From an uncultured Bacteroidota bacterium (lineage in GTDB: Bacteria; Bacteroidota; Bacteroidia; Bacteroidales; GCA-2748055), in assembly GCA_963713725.1 (NCBI GenBank), contig CAVQMZ010000015.1, forward strand, positions 269,027 to 333,026: 64,000 nucleotides of DNA, in the 5' to 3' direction. A model generated the notes under the pieces. The model worked only from the letters and a program-made list of their open reading frames with translations, was not told the DNA's origin and did not search any database. How positions within the stretch are numbered: position 1 is the stretch's first letter; the number at the start of each line of letters is the position of its first letter. The position numbers and the translations under genes are program-made. Positions 24,508 to 35,390 of this stretch are shown here, piece after piece.

Positions 24508-25098
24508 ATGATGAAAAATAAGAAAGTGCTGTTGTTTCTTGCCCAGGGATTTGAAGCGTTTGAAGCCAGTGTATTCACTGATGTAATCGGTTGGAGCAGG
24601 GCTTTTGGGACAGAAGCTGTGGATATGCTTACTACGGCATTGCGACCTGAGATTAAGTGTACCTGGAATCTGATTGTAAAGCCTGAGATTGCTTTTAATG
24701 AGGTAGATGTTAGTGATTTTGATGCACTGGCAATCCCGGGAGGATTTGAAAAAGCTGGATTTTATGAAGATACTTTCGATGAAAGATTTTTAGAACTGAT
24801 CAGAGAATTTGATAAACAGGGAAAAATAATTGCTTCCATTTGCGTTGCGGCATTACCCATTGGCAAAGCCGGAGTTTTAAATGGGAGGGAGGCTACTACT
24901 TATGATTTACTGGATGGACTAAGAAGAAAACAACTTGCGGATTTCGGAGCTGTAATTCTGGATCAAAGCCTGGTGGTCGATAATAATATAATTACTTCCA
25001 CCGGACCATCCACCGGACTGGATGTTGCATTTACACTGCTTGAAATGCTGACAGACACTGAAAATGTTGATATTGTGAAAGAATACATGAGAATTTAA
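24508..25098 (+). CDS. DJ-1/PfpI family protein
   Basis: 196 aa. ALAIPGGFE...GKIIASICVAALPIGKAGVL shows the nucleophile-elbow Cys context. Confidence 0.8.
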   Translation: MMKNKKVLLFLAQGFEAFEASVFTDVIGWSRAFGTEAVDMLTTALRPEIKCTWNLIVKPEIAFNEVDVSDFDALAIPGGFEKAGFYEDTFDERFLELIREFDKQGKIIASICVAALPIGKAGVLNGREATTYDLLDGLRRKQLADFGAVILDQSLVVDNNIITSTGPSTGLDVAFTLLEMLTDTENVDIVKEYMRI

Positions 25099-25260
25099 TA
25101 AAACAAAAAGGATAATCCGGGCAATATTGCGTACAAGCTGGGATATATCTCTCCTTGGCGATATGTTCACGATAGTTGTTCAGCTCACCATAAGGGTGAA
25201 TAATCTGGATGTAATTATTTTAAGCTTTTTCTGAAAATTCTCCAGTGAAGGATCAGTAGT

Positions 25261-25653
25261 TCAATTATACCGCTCTTTAAATATCTCGATAAGCTTTTCG
25301 GGAGGAATGACCTTATTGGGGTAATCGTTCATTTTGGTAAGCACCTGGTCGGTTGCTTCGGGATTAAGTCCGATACGTATGCCCATGTCTTTCAAAAAAT
25401 GCACTTCTTTATCACTGGTCTCCTGGTCGACATTCATAAGCAGAACCAGGCGGTGGAATTGCAAAATCCTTTCAAACTCAGATTCGGGAGGAGTGAATTC
25501 AATATGTTTTTCAAACAGGGAATCGAAATCCTCCTTGCTTACTTTAAGTATCCGGGCTATGGTCTGTAAAAATTGGTATTCTTGTTCACGGACTTCCTGG
25601 TCACATCTTGCAAGTTTGATGAGTTCCGACAACAGGCTAAGTTTTTCTTTCAT
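25261..25653 (-). CDS. TerB-like (tellurite-resistance TerB family) protein
   Basis: Start taken at MKEKLSLLSELIKLARCDQEVREQEYQFL. Two TerB-like helical repeats are visible. Confidence 0.55.
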   Translation of the reverse strand: MKEKLSLLSELIKLARCDQEVREQEYQFLQTIARILKVSKEDFDSLFEKHIEFTPPESEFERILQFHRLVLLMNVDQETSDKEVHFLKDMGIRIGLNPEATDQVLTKMNDYPNKVIPPEKLIEIFKERYN

Positions 25654-25746
25654 TTTTAAAAGGCTTGGGTGCACCGAAATATAAGGATTTTGTTGAAGAA
25701 GGATTATCTTGTTAAGGATAAGTATAAAAGTTTCCAAAATAAGGCT

Positions 25747-26091
25747 ATGAATAGAGGTTTTTGCATCACGCTAACAGCCATAATTGTGGCATTAGCTTTT
25801 TCTTCGTCTTCGTGTCAATCAAAGAAAAATGATGCAAATCGGGCGTCCTCAAATTTAAGACTCATTAGCTACAATGTTTGGTATGGTTTTACTAAAGTAC
25901 CAGACAGAAAACTGGCCTGGATTGAATGGATGAATAGGCAGAAGCCTGATATTGTGAGCCTCCAGGAACTTAATGGATATACCCATGAAAAACTGGCTGA
26001 AGATGCCAGAGCTTACGGCCATGCCTATGTTGCTTTGCTGAAGGAGGAGGGCTTCCCAACCGGGATTACTTTAGGATTTTATTTGAAATAA
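25747..26091 (+). pseudogene. Endonuclease/exonuclease/phosphatase family protein, C-terminally truncated
   Basis: A lipoprotein signal peptide is followed by LRLISYNVWYGF...KPDIVSLQELNG. The ORF stops after about 115 aa; this family is usually about 280 aa. Confidence 0.55.
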
Positions 26092-26123
26092 TCAAACACA
26101 CGTTTACCAAAGTACAAATAAAC

Positions 26124-27383
26124 TTATGTCTTTTTAGTCAGGGCACTGGAAAGGAAAAGACTGGAAAGGCAGAAGAAGAGGAATAGATAGAATCCTCCGG
26201 TCAGGTGAGTGCCATTGGTGGTCAGAATTTCTATGGGTTCACTGGACCGGCTTAAATTGGCCATCTGACTGCCCACAATTCCATTAAATCCGATATAGGC
26301 CATAAAGATGGCTACCACCATTACATCGGCCATGGACCATTTGCCCGACTTGATCACAAAAAATTGAATCAGCTTATTATCCATTATTTTCGGCTTATTC
26401 AGCGAATAGAGAAAGGAGCTGATGAGTTTTACCGAAGGGAATATAATACTGAAGGTAAAGATCAGTATTCCCACAAAAATCATCTCCACTGAACCATCGG
26501 TCATCAGAATGTGGACCATATCTGTAATGCTCTTGCTCTGGAAGAAGATAATGTTGTTTCTGAATATCACTTCCTCTCCGAGGAGCTGGAATAGCAGCAT
26601 GTCGATTTTTGCCTCAAGCTCGATCATGGGCGTGATGATTCCAGCCAGCAAAAGACAGAGGGAAGACAGAATCAGGATAATGGCCTGGACCTGGTTGGGT
26701 TTATGTTTTGAAATAAGGTTGATCAGAAATACCAGAAGCACGATCCCCAGTAGCACAAGAACCCGGAGATTAATGGCTTCCTGCATTTGTTCAAGTTCAG
26801 CACTCAACTGTTCTTTACATGCCTCTTTCCCATCACATTCATACTTCAGCAGCAGTTGATTTAAGAGCTCGGTATGATCACGGTTATAGGTGGAAGCAGT
26901 AAAGTCTTCAAGCTTATCGTTGAGATAATTCTGTAACAGGGTTTTTGTTTCAGGTTTGTCAAGCTCATTTACCACCGTATGAGCAAATGAAGGCACACTG
27001 TCCCTTAATTGATCCATATCCACCGCAAATCCGGCAACCCACTTTTTTACACCTGAAAAGCTGCCTGAAGTCCGCACTTCCATCAACTGTTCCACTTCAT
27101 CAATCAGGGTATAGAGCACATTGGAAACGCTGGTCTCCAGCTGCTCCCGGTTTTCAGGGGTAACCTCAAACTCATTAATCTTCTCTGTAAGAATAAAAGC
27201 CACCTGCCCGGCCCATTCATCCACATTAAGCAAGCCATAGCGGATATTATTTATCTCTGAGAGGTCAATTTTTACCAGTTGATGCTCCTTTGCCATTTTT
27301 ATTATCTGAACGCTTAGGACTATGGCTGCTGCCAGTAATGCGGCACTGATTGAAATTTTCAGAATGGATTTAGGTGCTTTCAT
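26124..27383 (-). CDS. PqiA-like integral membrane protein
   Basis: 419 aa. A long N-terminal helical region is followed by TM helices and KSGKWSMADVMVVAIFMAYIG, characteristic of paraquat-inducible protein A. Confidence 0.55.
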   Translation of the reverse strand: MKAPKSILKISISAALLAAAIVLSVQIIKMAKEHQLVKIDLSEINNIRYGLLNVDEWAGQVAFILTEKINEFEVTPENREQLETSVSNVLYTLIDEVEQLMEVRTSGSFSGVKKWVAGFAVDMDQLRDSVPSFAHTVVNELDKPETKTLLQNYLNDKLEDFTASTYNRDHTELLNQLLLKYECDGKEACKEQLSAELEQMQEAINLRVLVLLGIVLLVFLINLISKHKPNQVQAIILILSSLCLLLAGIITPMIELEAKIDMLLFQLLGEEVIFRNNIIFFQSKSITDMVHILMTDGSVEMIFVGILIFTFSIIFPSVKLISSFLYSLNKPKIMDNKLIQFFVIKSGKWSMADVMVVAIFMAYIGFNGIVGSQMANLSRSSEPIEILTTNGTHLTGGFYLFLFFCLSSLFLSSALTKKT

Positions 27384-27475
27384 ATACAGCTTAATAGGAT
27401 TGCATTCTCAAGTTAGGAATTATTGTTCACAAAAACATTTCTTGTTTCTTTGATATCTTTGGAAAAATTTGCGAG

Positions 27476-29104
27476 ATGACCATGCCCCCCTGGAAATGGA
27501 TACTCACCGGTGTACTGGTGTTTTTGTTTGGCTACCTCCTGTGGCCCTTGAATACGGATCACTGGGAAATTGAAAGAAACAATTCCCGTCAGGAAACAAA
27601 AGAGGCCTGGTTGAATCCGGGGCCGGCAGGATCACAGGGAAGTGCGATAATATGTCCGGACAGACCAAATGTCGTGCTCATTATGGCAGATGATCTGGGT
27701 TGGGCAGATCTGAAACTATACGAAAAGCATGGGCAATCGGCACCCCATTTAGAGCAATTTGCCTCCGAGGGGGTTAAATTCAATCATGCCTATGTGACTT
27801 CGCCAGTCTGCAGTCCTTCCCGGGCGGCCATTATCACAGGCAGGTATACCCAGCGATTTGGATTTGAATACCAGTTGCATGACCGCTATTTAAAAAACCG
27901 ACTGGAGTACAAGGCCTTTAAACTGATGATGAAAAGTGGTCCATGGTTTCCCAAATGGATGTCAGAGGTCCCAGGTAAAGAGGCTATCTTAAAACAGGGA
28001 CTGCCGCCGGACGAAATTACCCTTCCCGAGATCATGCAAAAACATGCTTACCGAACCGGACTGATTGGTAAATGGCATCTGGGGTGGAATGGGGACAACA
28101 AACCCTGTAATTTTGGCTTCGATTATCAATATGGATTTTACGAGTCTCATTCACTTTATGCCTATGAAGGTACTCCCGGGATTATTGACCAGAAGGTAAG
28201 AGAGGATTTTACGGACAAGCACATCTGGAAAGGACAACGGAATGGTCCCCATGCCATTTACAGGAATTGCCAGGAGATTGATGAACCGGATTACCTGACC
28301 GACAGGATTGCCGAAGAAGGCATCGGTTTCATTAACAGGAACAAGGAAGCCCCCTTTTTCCTCTGGTTGTCCTTTAATGCACCTCACACCCCCTTGCAGG
28401 CAAAAGAAGAATATTATAATCGCTTTGCACATATCCAGGATCCGGTGAAAAGAATTTATGCTGCAATGATTGCCAATCTGGACGATGCCATTGGAAGTGT
28501 TCTGAACCACATCAAAAAAGAGAACCTGGAGGAGAATACACTGATTTTTTTCATCAGTGACAATGGCGGGGCCGAGTATACCTTCACCACGGAGAACGGG
28601 CCTTATAAGGGTGGGAAAATAACCGATTTCGAAGGAGGGGTTAAGGTTCCGTTCATCGTTAAATGGAAGGGGAAGATCCCAGAGGGTGAAAGCTATGATC
28701 CCATGGTATCATCCATGGATATATTTCAATCCGTAGTATCTGCAGCCGGAGCCTCTTTACCTGATGACAGGAAATACGACGGTGTAAATTTATTACCCTT
28801 CCTCAGCGGAGATTCAACAGGATCCCCCCATGATATCCTTTTCTGGCAGCGCGGATTCAGTAAAGCCCTGCGCACCAACGATTGGAAGCTTCTGCTGAAT
28901 GAGGATTCAGGAGATACTCTTCTTTACCGTATTAAGGATGATCCAGTGGAAAGCAAAGATGTGATGGCAGCAAACAGGATCAGGGCTGAAGAATTATTTG
29001 CAAAGCATAAACTATGGTCCTCTGAACTGGCCGATCCGCTCTGGCCATCCCTTGTGCATTACCAGTTTCGTGACGGGGACAAAGTTTATTATTTCGACCA
29101 ATAA
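27476..29104 (+). CDS. Sulfatase (S1 family)
   Basis: 542 aa. PNVVLIMADDLGWADL, the CxPSR motif in SPVCSPSRAAIITG, and FISDNGG. Confidence 0.9.
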   Translation: MTMPPWKWILTGVLVFLFGYLLWPLNTDHWEIERNNSRQETKEAWLNPGPAGSQGSAIICPDRPNVVLIMADDLGWADLKLYEKHGQSAPHLEQFASEGVKFNHAYVTSPVCSPSRAAIITGRYTQRFGFEYQLHDRYLKNRLEYKAFKLMMKSGPWFPKWMSEVPGKEAILKQGLPPDEITLPEIMQKHAYRTGLIGKWHLGWNGDNKPCNFGFDYQYGFYESHSLYAYEGTPGIIDQKVREDFTDKHIWKGQRNGPHAIYRNCQEIDEPDYLTDRIAEEGIGFINRNKEAPFFLWLSFNAPHTPLQAKEEYYNRFAHIQDPVKRIYAAMIANLDDAIGSVLNHIKKENLEENTLIFFISDNGGAEYTFTTENGPYKGGKITDFEGGVKVPFIVKWKGKIPEGESYDPMVSSMDIFQSVVSAAGASLPDDRKYDGVNLLPFLSGDSTGSPHDILFWQRGFSKALRTNDWKLLLNEDSGDTLLYRIKDDPVESKDVMAANRIRAEELFAKHKLWSSELADPLWPSLVHYQFRDGDKVYYFDQ

Positions 29105-29112
29105 TTTTTTTC

Positions 29113-29532
29113 TCAGCTGTTTAATTCAGAGATCCGTTTTTCGATTTGTGATAGTCTGGCCTGCTTATCCAGCGAATATGCCCCGGTTTTTTCACTGACA
29201 AAACTTATGAGTAAGCGTGATTTCTGGTAGTAGGGAAGACTGCTGTTCCAATCTCCCTGTGCGAATGAAAGTTCAGCCTGGGCATAAAACAGTTCTGCAA
29301 GAATTTCCAGATGACCATGGGTGTAATTATGTTGTTGGATCAGATCATCGGTCAGCCCGGACAATGGAATGCCATTGAAAAATGCAGCATCTTCTTTCAG
29401 CACATCCTGGTAGGCTTCGTCCAAAGATTCCAAGGCTTCCTTATAATCTCCTTTTTTGATCAGACCCAGGATTCCGGCAACCAGAATGCCGATCCGCTCA
29501 ATCATTCTCAATATATAATCTTGTTGATACAT
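29113..29532 (-). CDS. Hypothetical helical protein
   Basis: 139-aa ORF. I recognise no motif. Confidence 0.4.
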   Translation of the reverse strand: MYQQDYILRMIERIGILVAGILGLIKKGDYKEALESLDEAYQDVLKEDAAFFNGIPLSGLTDDLIQQHNYTHGHLEILAELFYAQAELSFAQGDWNSSLPYYQKSRLLISFVSEKTGAYSLDKQARLSQIEKRISELNS

Positions 29533-29658
29533 AGCCCAGGATTTAATAATAACTCAAGCCTTGAAACAGGAAGATATACAAGATACAAAAAAGACAATCA
29601 GCCAGCAGATTCAAGGAATTTGTAACTTATGCAAAATTTGAATAAAACCCTCAAGCAT

Positions 29659-30420
29659 ATGAAACGCTTTAGCTTTGTCCCGCTTATCTTTCTTTTCCTT
29701 TTCCTTCCTGTAGAAACGAAAAGCAAGTTGAATCTTGACCTGATCTGCTGGCCATAGAAAATGGCCTGCTACCCGCTATCCAGGTGAAAGGAGAACCTGT
29801 AAAGACTTACAATATCCTGGAAAGAATGGAACTCTATAAAGTTCCGGGGCATAGTATGGCTCTGGTAGAAGGTGGGAAGATTAAATGGGCTAAGGCTTAA
29901 GGCATAATTATCCGGAGCAGGCTGCAGCTGGCCTGTGGACTACCCCAAGTGATCTGGCAAAGTACTGCATCGAAATTCAGGAAATCCTGAAGGGAAAAGA
30001 GAATGCGGTCCTGTCCAGGGAAAGTGTTGAAGGGATGTTGACCAAGCATAAAAACGATTGGGGATTGGGACCATCACTGAAATGGGCCGAAGATTCGTTA
30101 ATATTCCAGCATGGTGGGAAAAATGCCGGTTTTACAAATAATATGCTTGCTTTTGCAAACAGGGGAGAGGCGCTTATTGTAATGACCAATGCTGACAATG
30201 GCAACAAGCTTATTGGCGATTATATCGTTGATGTATCGGTGAAAAATGGTAAGCTCTATATGGATGATCCCAATAATGATTAACACAATGTGCTAACTCC
30301 CCTTGAAGAGATGAAATTTCTGGATATGAAAAAGGGTGATGAGATCCTCTTTGAAGGGGAGAATGAATCGCTCAGTTTTTTATGGAATTACAGATTTCGC
30401 TTCCATAAAGTTGTGATTTG
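29659..30420 (+). pseudogene. Beta-lactamase-fold serine hydrolase remnant (multiple frame breaks and deletions)
   Basis: A signal peptide (MKRFSFVPLIFLF) is followed by fragments in three frames: LPAIQVKGEPVKTYNILERMELYKVPG.SMALVEGGKIKWAKA, GLWTTPSDLAKYCIEIQ, and WGLGPSLKWAEDSLIFQHGGKNAGFTNNMLAFANRGEALIVMTNADNG. Confidence 0.7.
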
Positions 30421-30432
30421 AAGCCCGATTCA

Positions 30433-31104
30433 TTATTGCGAATCAATCCCTGGATGAATTTCCCAGGAGATCTGGGAATAGAGCAGCATAATACTACCGT
30501 TTACAGATTCATTTTTATCCAAAAGGGAATCTATCCCCTCCTGTTTCCCCATAAACTTAAGGGGGAGTTTAAGCGGCATTGCCTCAAAACTAATCTCGGT
30601 CTGTTCAGGAAAAAAATCTGATTCAGTGGCATATGAGTGCCGAAGGTTATATTCACCATGTTTCCTTGTGGAAATGAGCATTGATTGAATTCTTGCATCC
30701 GATTGAGTCAATTCAATATCAACAGTTATCCACTCGGTTTTTCTATCGAGTGATATCACTTTGTAAACGATGGTGTCGCCATTATCCCTGAGCGGAATGG
30801 CCTGACTGTCCACTTCCAGAAACTCCCTGTACTGCCCGATGATTCCATGCCTGGGAAGGACTGTAATACCTTCGCCCTTGATCTTTGGTTTCTTCCCTTT
30901 TTCCAGTTCGAGTTCTATTTCCTTATCAGGCATACTCAGTCCGGGAACATCCAGCCTGATATTTATAATACATGAAAGTGACTGATATGCTGTATCATTT
31001 CTGAGCACCTCCTGTAATATTTCCGGAAGATTCTGTGACTTTGCATTCGTCAGCCATGATGGAAAGCAAAGCAGCAGCAATATGGATAGCATCCGGAATT
31101 TCAT
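30433..31104 (-). CDS. Secreted protein or lipoprotein of unknown function (last gene of the ABC operon)
   Basis: 223 aa with a signal peptide. Its start coincides with the first base of the upstream permease stop codon. Confidence 0.5.
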   Translation of the reverse strand: MKFRMLSILLLLCFPSWLTNAKSQNLPEILQEVLRNDTAYQSLSCIINIRLDVPGLSMPDKEIELELEKGKKPKIKGEGITVLPRHGIIGQYREFLEVDSQAIPLRDNGDTIVYKVISLDRKTEWITVDIELTQSDARIQSMLISTRKHGEYNLRHSYATESDFFPEQTEISFEAMPLKLPLKFMGKQEGIDSLLDKNESVNGSIMLLYSQISWEIHPGIDSQ

Positions 31105-31940
31105 TATTCGGTAATTTTCATGCGCTTAAAAATGAAGAAAGCTATGGACAAAACAAGCACCTGGTGAGCCAGTAAAACCCCTGCCGATTTAATGATTGGA
31201 ATAAAATCCACATCATTGAAGAATAAATTTTGCCACTGGGCCATGTGCCAGGTAAACAAAAGATTCCGCCAGGATTCGAAGATGCCCATTCCAAAGGTCT
31301 GCAGAAGGGTGGACACAATCAGGATTCCAAGTGAAACCAGTATGGCTGCAAGTGAATTTCTAAGTAATACGGAAAACAATATCGAGATACTTGCAAAGGT
31401 CATCATCCCCAGTGTTCCGAATAAAAGGGCCAATATAAAGCGCCACAGTACTTCCTTATCTTCAATAATTTGAATGCCAGCGTTAAATACAAGTAAGTCA
31501 CCACTGCCAAAAATCAGCTGTGCAGGAATAATCATTAACACTCCGCTAAAAAGCATGAAAAAGAAGATGTAAATAAGGGCTGCCACAACTTTTGCAGTCA
31601 GCCATTGTGCCCTTGACCAGGTGGAACACAAGATCAGTCGGATGGTGCCGGTATCAAATTCTCCTGATACCAGGTCTCCTGTGACGATTACAAGAAGGAC
31701 CGGGATGTGGACCCACAACATGTTTAAAGCCACATACGCGATCAGATGACCATTAATAAGATTTCCCGAGATAATAAACTGTTCAGAGAGGGGTTTGATC
31801 AGGAGATCGATCATCTTCTGCCCATCAATGCCCATCCCCAGATTTATCAGAAACATCAACACCGTCATCACCGCAAAAGTCAGCCATACCCGTGGTTGCC
31901 GGATGAGTTTATATGTTTCGAAGCGAATGAGTCGTATCAT
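31104..31940 (-). CDS. ABC-2 type transporter permease
   Basis: 278 aa with about six TM helices. It overlaps the ATPase gene by 4 nt. Confidence 0.7.
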   Translation of the reverse strand: MIRLIRFETYKLIRQPRVWLTFAVMTVLMFLINLGMGIDGQKMIDLLIKPLSEQFIISGNLINGHLIAYVALNMLWVHIPVLLVIVTGDLVSGEFDTGTIRLILCSTWSRAQWLTAKVVAALIYIFFFMLFSGVLMIIPAQLIFGSGDLLVFNAGIQIIEDKEVLWRFILALLFGTLGMMTFASISILFSVLLRNSLAAILVSLGILIVSTLLQTFGMGIFESWRNLLFTWHMAQWQNLFFNDVDFIPIIKSAGVLLAHQVLVLSIAFFIFKRMKITE

Positions 31941-32824
31941 TTGATGATCTCGGAGTATTTTGAGTGCAATAAATCGGCACGTTCAATTTCATAGGGAATA
32001 TATCCGGCTGAAGCCCATTTCCTTACTGCCTTGGTAGTTTCGGATATACTTAATCTTGTTTCCCAGCACCAGGGATTGTCCTTAAGCATTTTACCCATTG
32101 AAATTGCTTCCAGCAATTTGATTTCAGGTTCACTTTCAAACCAAAAGCATACAGTTTGTCGTTCGCCATTATAGCCGGATAAGCTCCCGGCTGCATGTAC
32201 CTTTCCTTCACTGAGCAAAACAAAATCATCAGCCATCGCTTCAAGGTCAGTGAGCAAATGTGAGGAAACCAGGATGGCCTTGTTTTTTTCAAGTGCAAGC
32301 TGTTTAATGAGATTCATCAGAAACTGTTTCACTTCGGGATCGAGTCCATTAAAGGGTTCATCCAGTACCAGAATCGTGGGATCACCCATCAGGGCCTGGG
32401 CGATGCCAAGTCTTTGTTTCATTCCGCTGGAGAACTTCCGGACTTTCTTTCCGGCTGCATAATCAATGCCAACCAGGCTTAATAAATCTGATACAGACTG
32501 CTTGCCCTTCCTGATCCGCTTAAGAAGCAACAGATTTTGCCGGGCATTCAGGTTTTCATAAAAAGCGGGACCTTCTATGAAAAATCCTGCCTGATGATGA
32601 ATTGAAGAAGGCGAAGAAAGTGCTTTCCCATTCATTGTAATCTGGCCACGCTCGGGTAAAACCAGGCCTGCAAGCATACGCATAATGGAACTTTTTCCGG
32701 CGCCATTGGGACCAATTAAAGCCAGGATTCTTCCGGGATAAAGCTGAAAAGAAGCGTCATTTACTACTTTTTGCCTGCCATAACTTAATTCAAGCTTTCT
32801 GACTTCAAGTACCGGATTTACCAT
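31937..32824 (-). CDS. ABC transporter ATP-binding protein
   Basis: Walker A GPNGAGKSS, signature SSGMKQRL, Walker B ILVLDEP. Confidence 0.9.
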   Translation of the reverse strand: MVNPVLEVRKLELSYGRQKVVNDASFQLYPGRILALIGPNGAGKSSIMRMLAGLVLPERGQITMNGKALSSPSSIHHQAGFFIEGPAFYENLNARQNLLLLKRIRKGKQSVSDLLSLVGIDYAAGKKVRKFSSGMKQRLGIAQALMGDPTILVLDEPFNGLDPEVKQFLMNLIKQLALEKNKAILVSSHLLTDLEAMADDFVLLSEGKVHAAGSLSGYNGERQTVCFWFESEPEIKLLEAISMGKMLKDNPWCWETRLSISETTKAVRKWASAGYIPYEIERADLLHSKYSEIIK

Positions 32825-33369
32825 AAAAAATATTTAGAATGATAAGTTCTTACAAAAAGCGTTTTGTTCCAGTAATCTTTGGTAAACAGAATGAGTGGAT
32901 TTTGCACAACAATATATGGCAGGATATGATACCAGCGAAATCCCATCTTATAGGTAAGCTGTTTAAATTCTTTTTCGAGATTTAAATCCTTAGCAGCAGC
33001 GCGGATTGCATCGCGTTGACACCTGGAATACATAAAGGGTTTCAGGAGTCGGGTATCAAAACCATATTGAAAGAGTCTGTCCTTGGCCATTTTATAGTTT
33101 TGATAGCGACTTCGGGCATCAAAAAGGCTGAAAAAAATGAGCGTGAGAAAATACAGGCCCGCAAATCCATATAATATGTAGTTCCAAATACGTCCTCCGT
33201 CTTCCAGGAGATTCAAAAATCTTTTCCCGAAAAAGAAAACCATAATGATGCTGAACATAGCCATAAGGTGGAGTAGATATGCTGCCTGTAGGAAGCGTAA
33301 AAATCTCATTCTTACCACTTTTATGCCAGTGTAAGCAGGGCGATAGGATATGTGTGCCGCAAAATCCAT
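32818..33369 (-). CDS. Membrane protein of unknown function
   Basis: 183-aa ORF with two or three TM segments, overlapping the ABC ATPase start. The true start may be MRFLRF at about 33309. Confidence 0.45.
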   Translation of the reverse strand: MDFAAHISYRPAYTGIKVVRMRFLRFLQAAYLLHLMAMFSIIMVFFFGKRFLNLLEDGGRIWNYILYGFAGLYFLTLIFFSLFDARSRYQNYKMAKDRLFQYGFDTRLLKPFMYSRCQRDAIRAAAKDLNLEKEFKQLTYKMGFRWYHILPYIVVQNPLILFTKDYWNKTLFVRTYHSKYFLW

Positions 33370-33483
33370 AAGATTGGTATTATTACAAATACCAGTAATT
33401 TAATCTTCGAAAATTAGTGGGTTTAATATATGAAACTGATACCATTTGGAAATTACAAGATATAAAGAAAGACCAAAAACAAA

Positions 33484-34080
33484 TCAGATTTTTTCATTCA
33501 ACACACTGTTTCCCTTTTTGTTTCGAAAAGCGAATAAAATACTTGCCGACAGTCCAACAAGCGCAAAAACAGCCAGCACAGTAAATACAAAACAGGACCT
33601 TATTATTTTGGAGGCATTTAGCTTATCGGCCATGTCCCGATGGCAGCTGAGCTCACCTCGTTAAAGGAAAGAACCTCGTTTGCATACAGTGAAAGAACAT
33701 CGCTTATCAGGGCGGCCCAAAACAGCAGTATGGTCGTTAGCCCCCAAAATGCATATAAAACAATCATACCACCGTTTAGTGGTGTAAACCACATGATTAA
33801 GCCCCTCAGCGAAGTCAGGCCCAGGGCAATGCTCATTAGATTAGCGGGAAGGATATTTATCAGCCAGAGGTCCCCCGAAAAAGTAGGAAAACACGGCAAC
33901 TATACCATAAACAGAAAAATATGTTCCCAGCTGGGTATTTGTAATTTCAAATACTGCCAGGAGGCTTGGTCGGAAAATGCGCGGAATTACAAAGGGCAAA
34001 AAGAAAATGGTTTTACCGGCAATGATCAGGGTGATTAGTGACAGGGATCGTCGCTTCAGAAAAATAGATCTGACCATCAA
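33484..34080 (-). pseudogene. MFS transporter remnant (frameshifted with a large internal deletion)
   Basis: The N-terminal MFS TM1-2 reads ...QLGTYFSVYGIVAVFSYFFGGPLADKY (ORF 33841-34080). A second-frame fragment is ORF 33618-33899. A terminal TM, CFVFTVLAVFALVGLSASILFAFRNKK, ends at 33484. The total is far shorter than the roughly 400 aa expected. Confidence 0.55.
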
Positions 34081-34105
34081 TTCATTTCAGGTATACGAGT
34101 TAAGA

Positions 34106-35149
34106 TTAATCGAATTCACCCAGCATAAAGGCCTCAAGTGCTGCTTCCATTTCTTCCCCAGGCTTATCCAGTACCAGGTAGGAATGATTAGAGTTTTCCT
34201 TCTCTTCCCAGGTGTTTCCTCCATTGTCATCTGCCACACAGATTCCATTTTCCACCCTGTGCCAGTAGGAGCCGATGCCATCGCGAACGGCATAGAGCAC
34301 AGCGGTTTGATCAAAGGTGGAATTGTCCAATATCTCACCCTGAAAGTTTTGTTTTATCCAGGGGGCATTTTCGCTGAAATGGTAAAAGCCCAGGTAAAGG
34401 GGGTGGTCTTTGGGCAGTTCATTAAAGACTTCACCGGTTTTTAAGGAAACACCCAATTCGAACCCGAGGAAGGTAACGGGTATTTCAAGATTTTCCAGCA
34501 CATACTTTGTTACCCCGGGCATGTTGCCATTAAAGTTCCATTCGCTTTCACCACTGGGGAACTGTCCTCCCATAAGCACAAACTCCTTCACTTTAGCCTC
34601 AATTAATTCCTTGCCATTCAGGGCTGAAAATTCATCTGCCCGGGAATCAATAAGCTTCTTAATGTTCATATAGGGTCCCACAGCCACAATTACCACGCTT
34701 TTATCGTCACTATCACTTAATAACTGTCGATAAAGCAAGGTGGCATCGGGGGCTTCCTCGGATGTACGCTTATGCACTAAATTATCGGCCAAAACCCGGG
34801 TATAGTTCCACGGGGTTTCATGCTGCTCATCCTTTCGCACTGCAATGGGGATGTCGGGATTGCCATAGTAGGTATTTACCGCATCGATGGCGCTCACTGC
34901 ATATTTTTCAGTACTCCAGCACATTACGGCAAGCAGGTCGATTTCGCCCTTGTTCTGAAAATGGTTTAACATGGCCAGTGCGCCCAGGTCGTCGGCATCA
35001 CCGCCAAAATCGGTGTCAAAGATTATTTTTATTTCAGAAGTCCCGGGGCTACAGCCCGGCATGATAAATAAACTTAAGAGCATTAAGGCCCCTGAAATCT
35101 TGTGAAGCAGTGTCTTGCTTAAGTTATTTGACAGCATAGTTTTATCCAA
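34106..35149 (-). CDS. Nucleoside hydrolase-like (IU-NH fold) secreted protein
   Basis: 347 aa. After the signal peptide, IIFDTDFGGDADDLGALAML matches a variant of the N-terminal DxDxxxDD motif. Confidence 0.6.
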   Translation of the reverse strand: MDKTMLSNNLSKTLLHKISGALMLLSLFIMPGCSPGTSEIKIIFDTDFGGDADDLGALAMLNHFQNKGEIDLLAVMCWSTEKYAVSAIDAVNTYYGNPDIPIAVRKDEQHETPWNYTRVLADNLVHKRTSEEAPDATLLYRQLLSDSDDKSVVIVAVGPYMNIKKLIDSRADEFSALNGKELIEAKVKEFVLMGGQFPSGESEWNFNGNMPGVTKYVLENLEIPVTFLGFELGVSLKTGEVFNELPKDHPLYLGFYHFSENAPWIKQNFQGEILDNSTFDQTAVLYAVRDGIGSYWHRVENGICVADDNGGNTWEEKENSNHSYLVLDKPGEEMEAALEAFMLGEFD

Positions 35150-35390
35150 TTGTGATATTAATCCAGGTAAAGATAGTGATCAACTTATACTTTCTAAGCC
35201 TGATCCGCTTTTCCTGTGAATAAACTCCCGGGGGGTACATTTGGTAAGGAAATACCAGGTCGGTACATGGCCTTTTCATAAAGGAGAATGATTTATCTGT
35301 ACTGAAGGTGGGTTGATTTACGAGGGGGTGGGGATCCTGCATGATATTTATCCTTTTTTGTAAATTTGCTATACATCAAAATCTTCCTTT

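Noticed and set aside
29113-29532. Assigning a function to the 139-aa helical protein
   Set aside because: I recognise no motif, so it is left as hypothetical.
33446-34444. Plus-strand ORFs 33446-33664, 33640-34038 and 33977-34444
   Set aside because: They overlap the minus-strand MFS remnants and the nucleoside hydrolase-like gene. Their translations are low-complexity with no motifs.
35142-35342. 66-aa minus-strand ORF, possibly the tail of an AraC-type regulator
   Set aside because: Only a short ...TPREFIHRK-like string appears, in a different frame, and there is no HTH body. The evidence is insufficient for a feature call.
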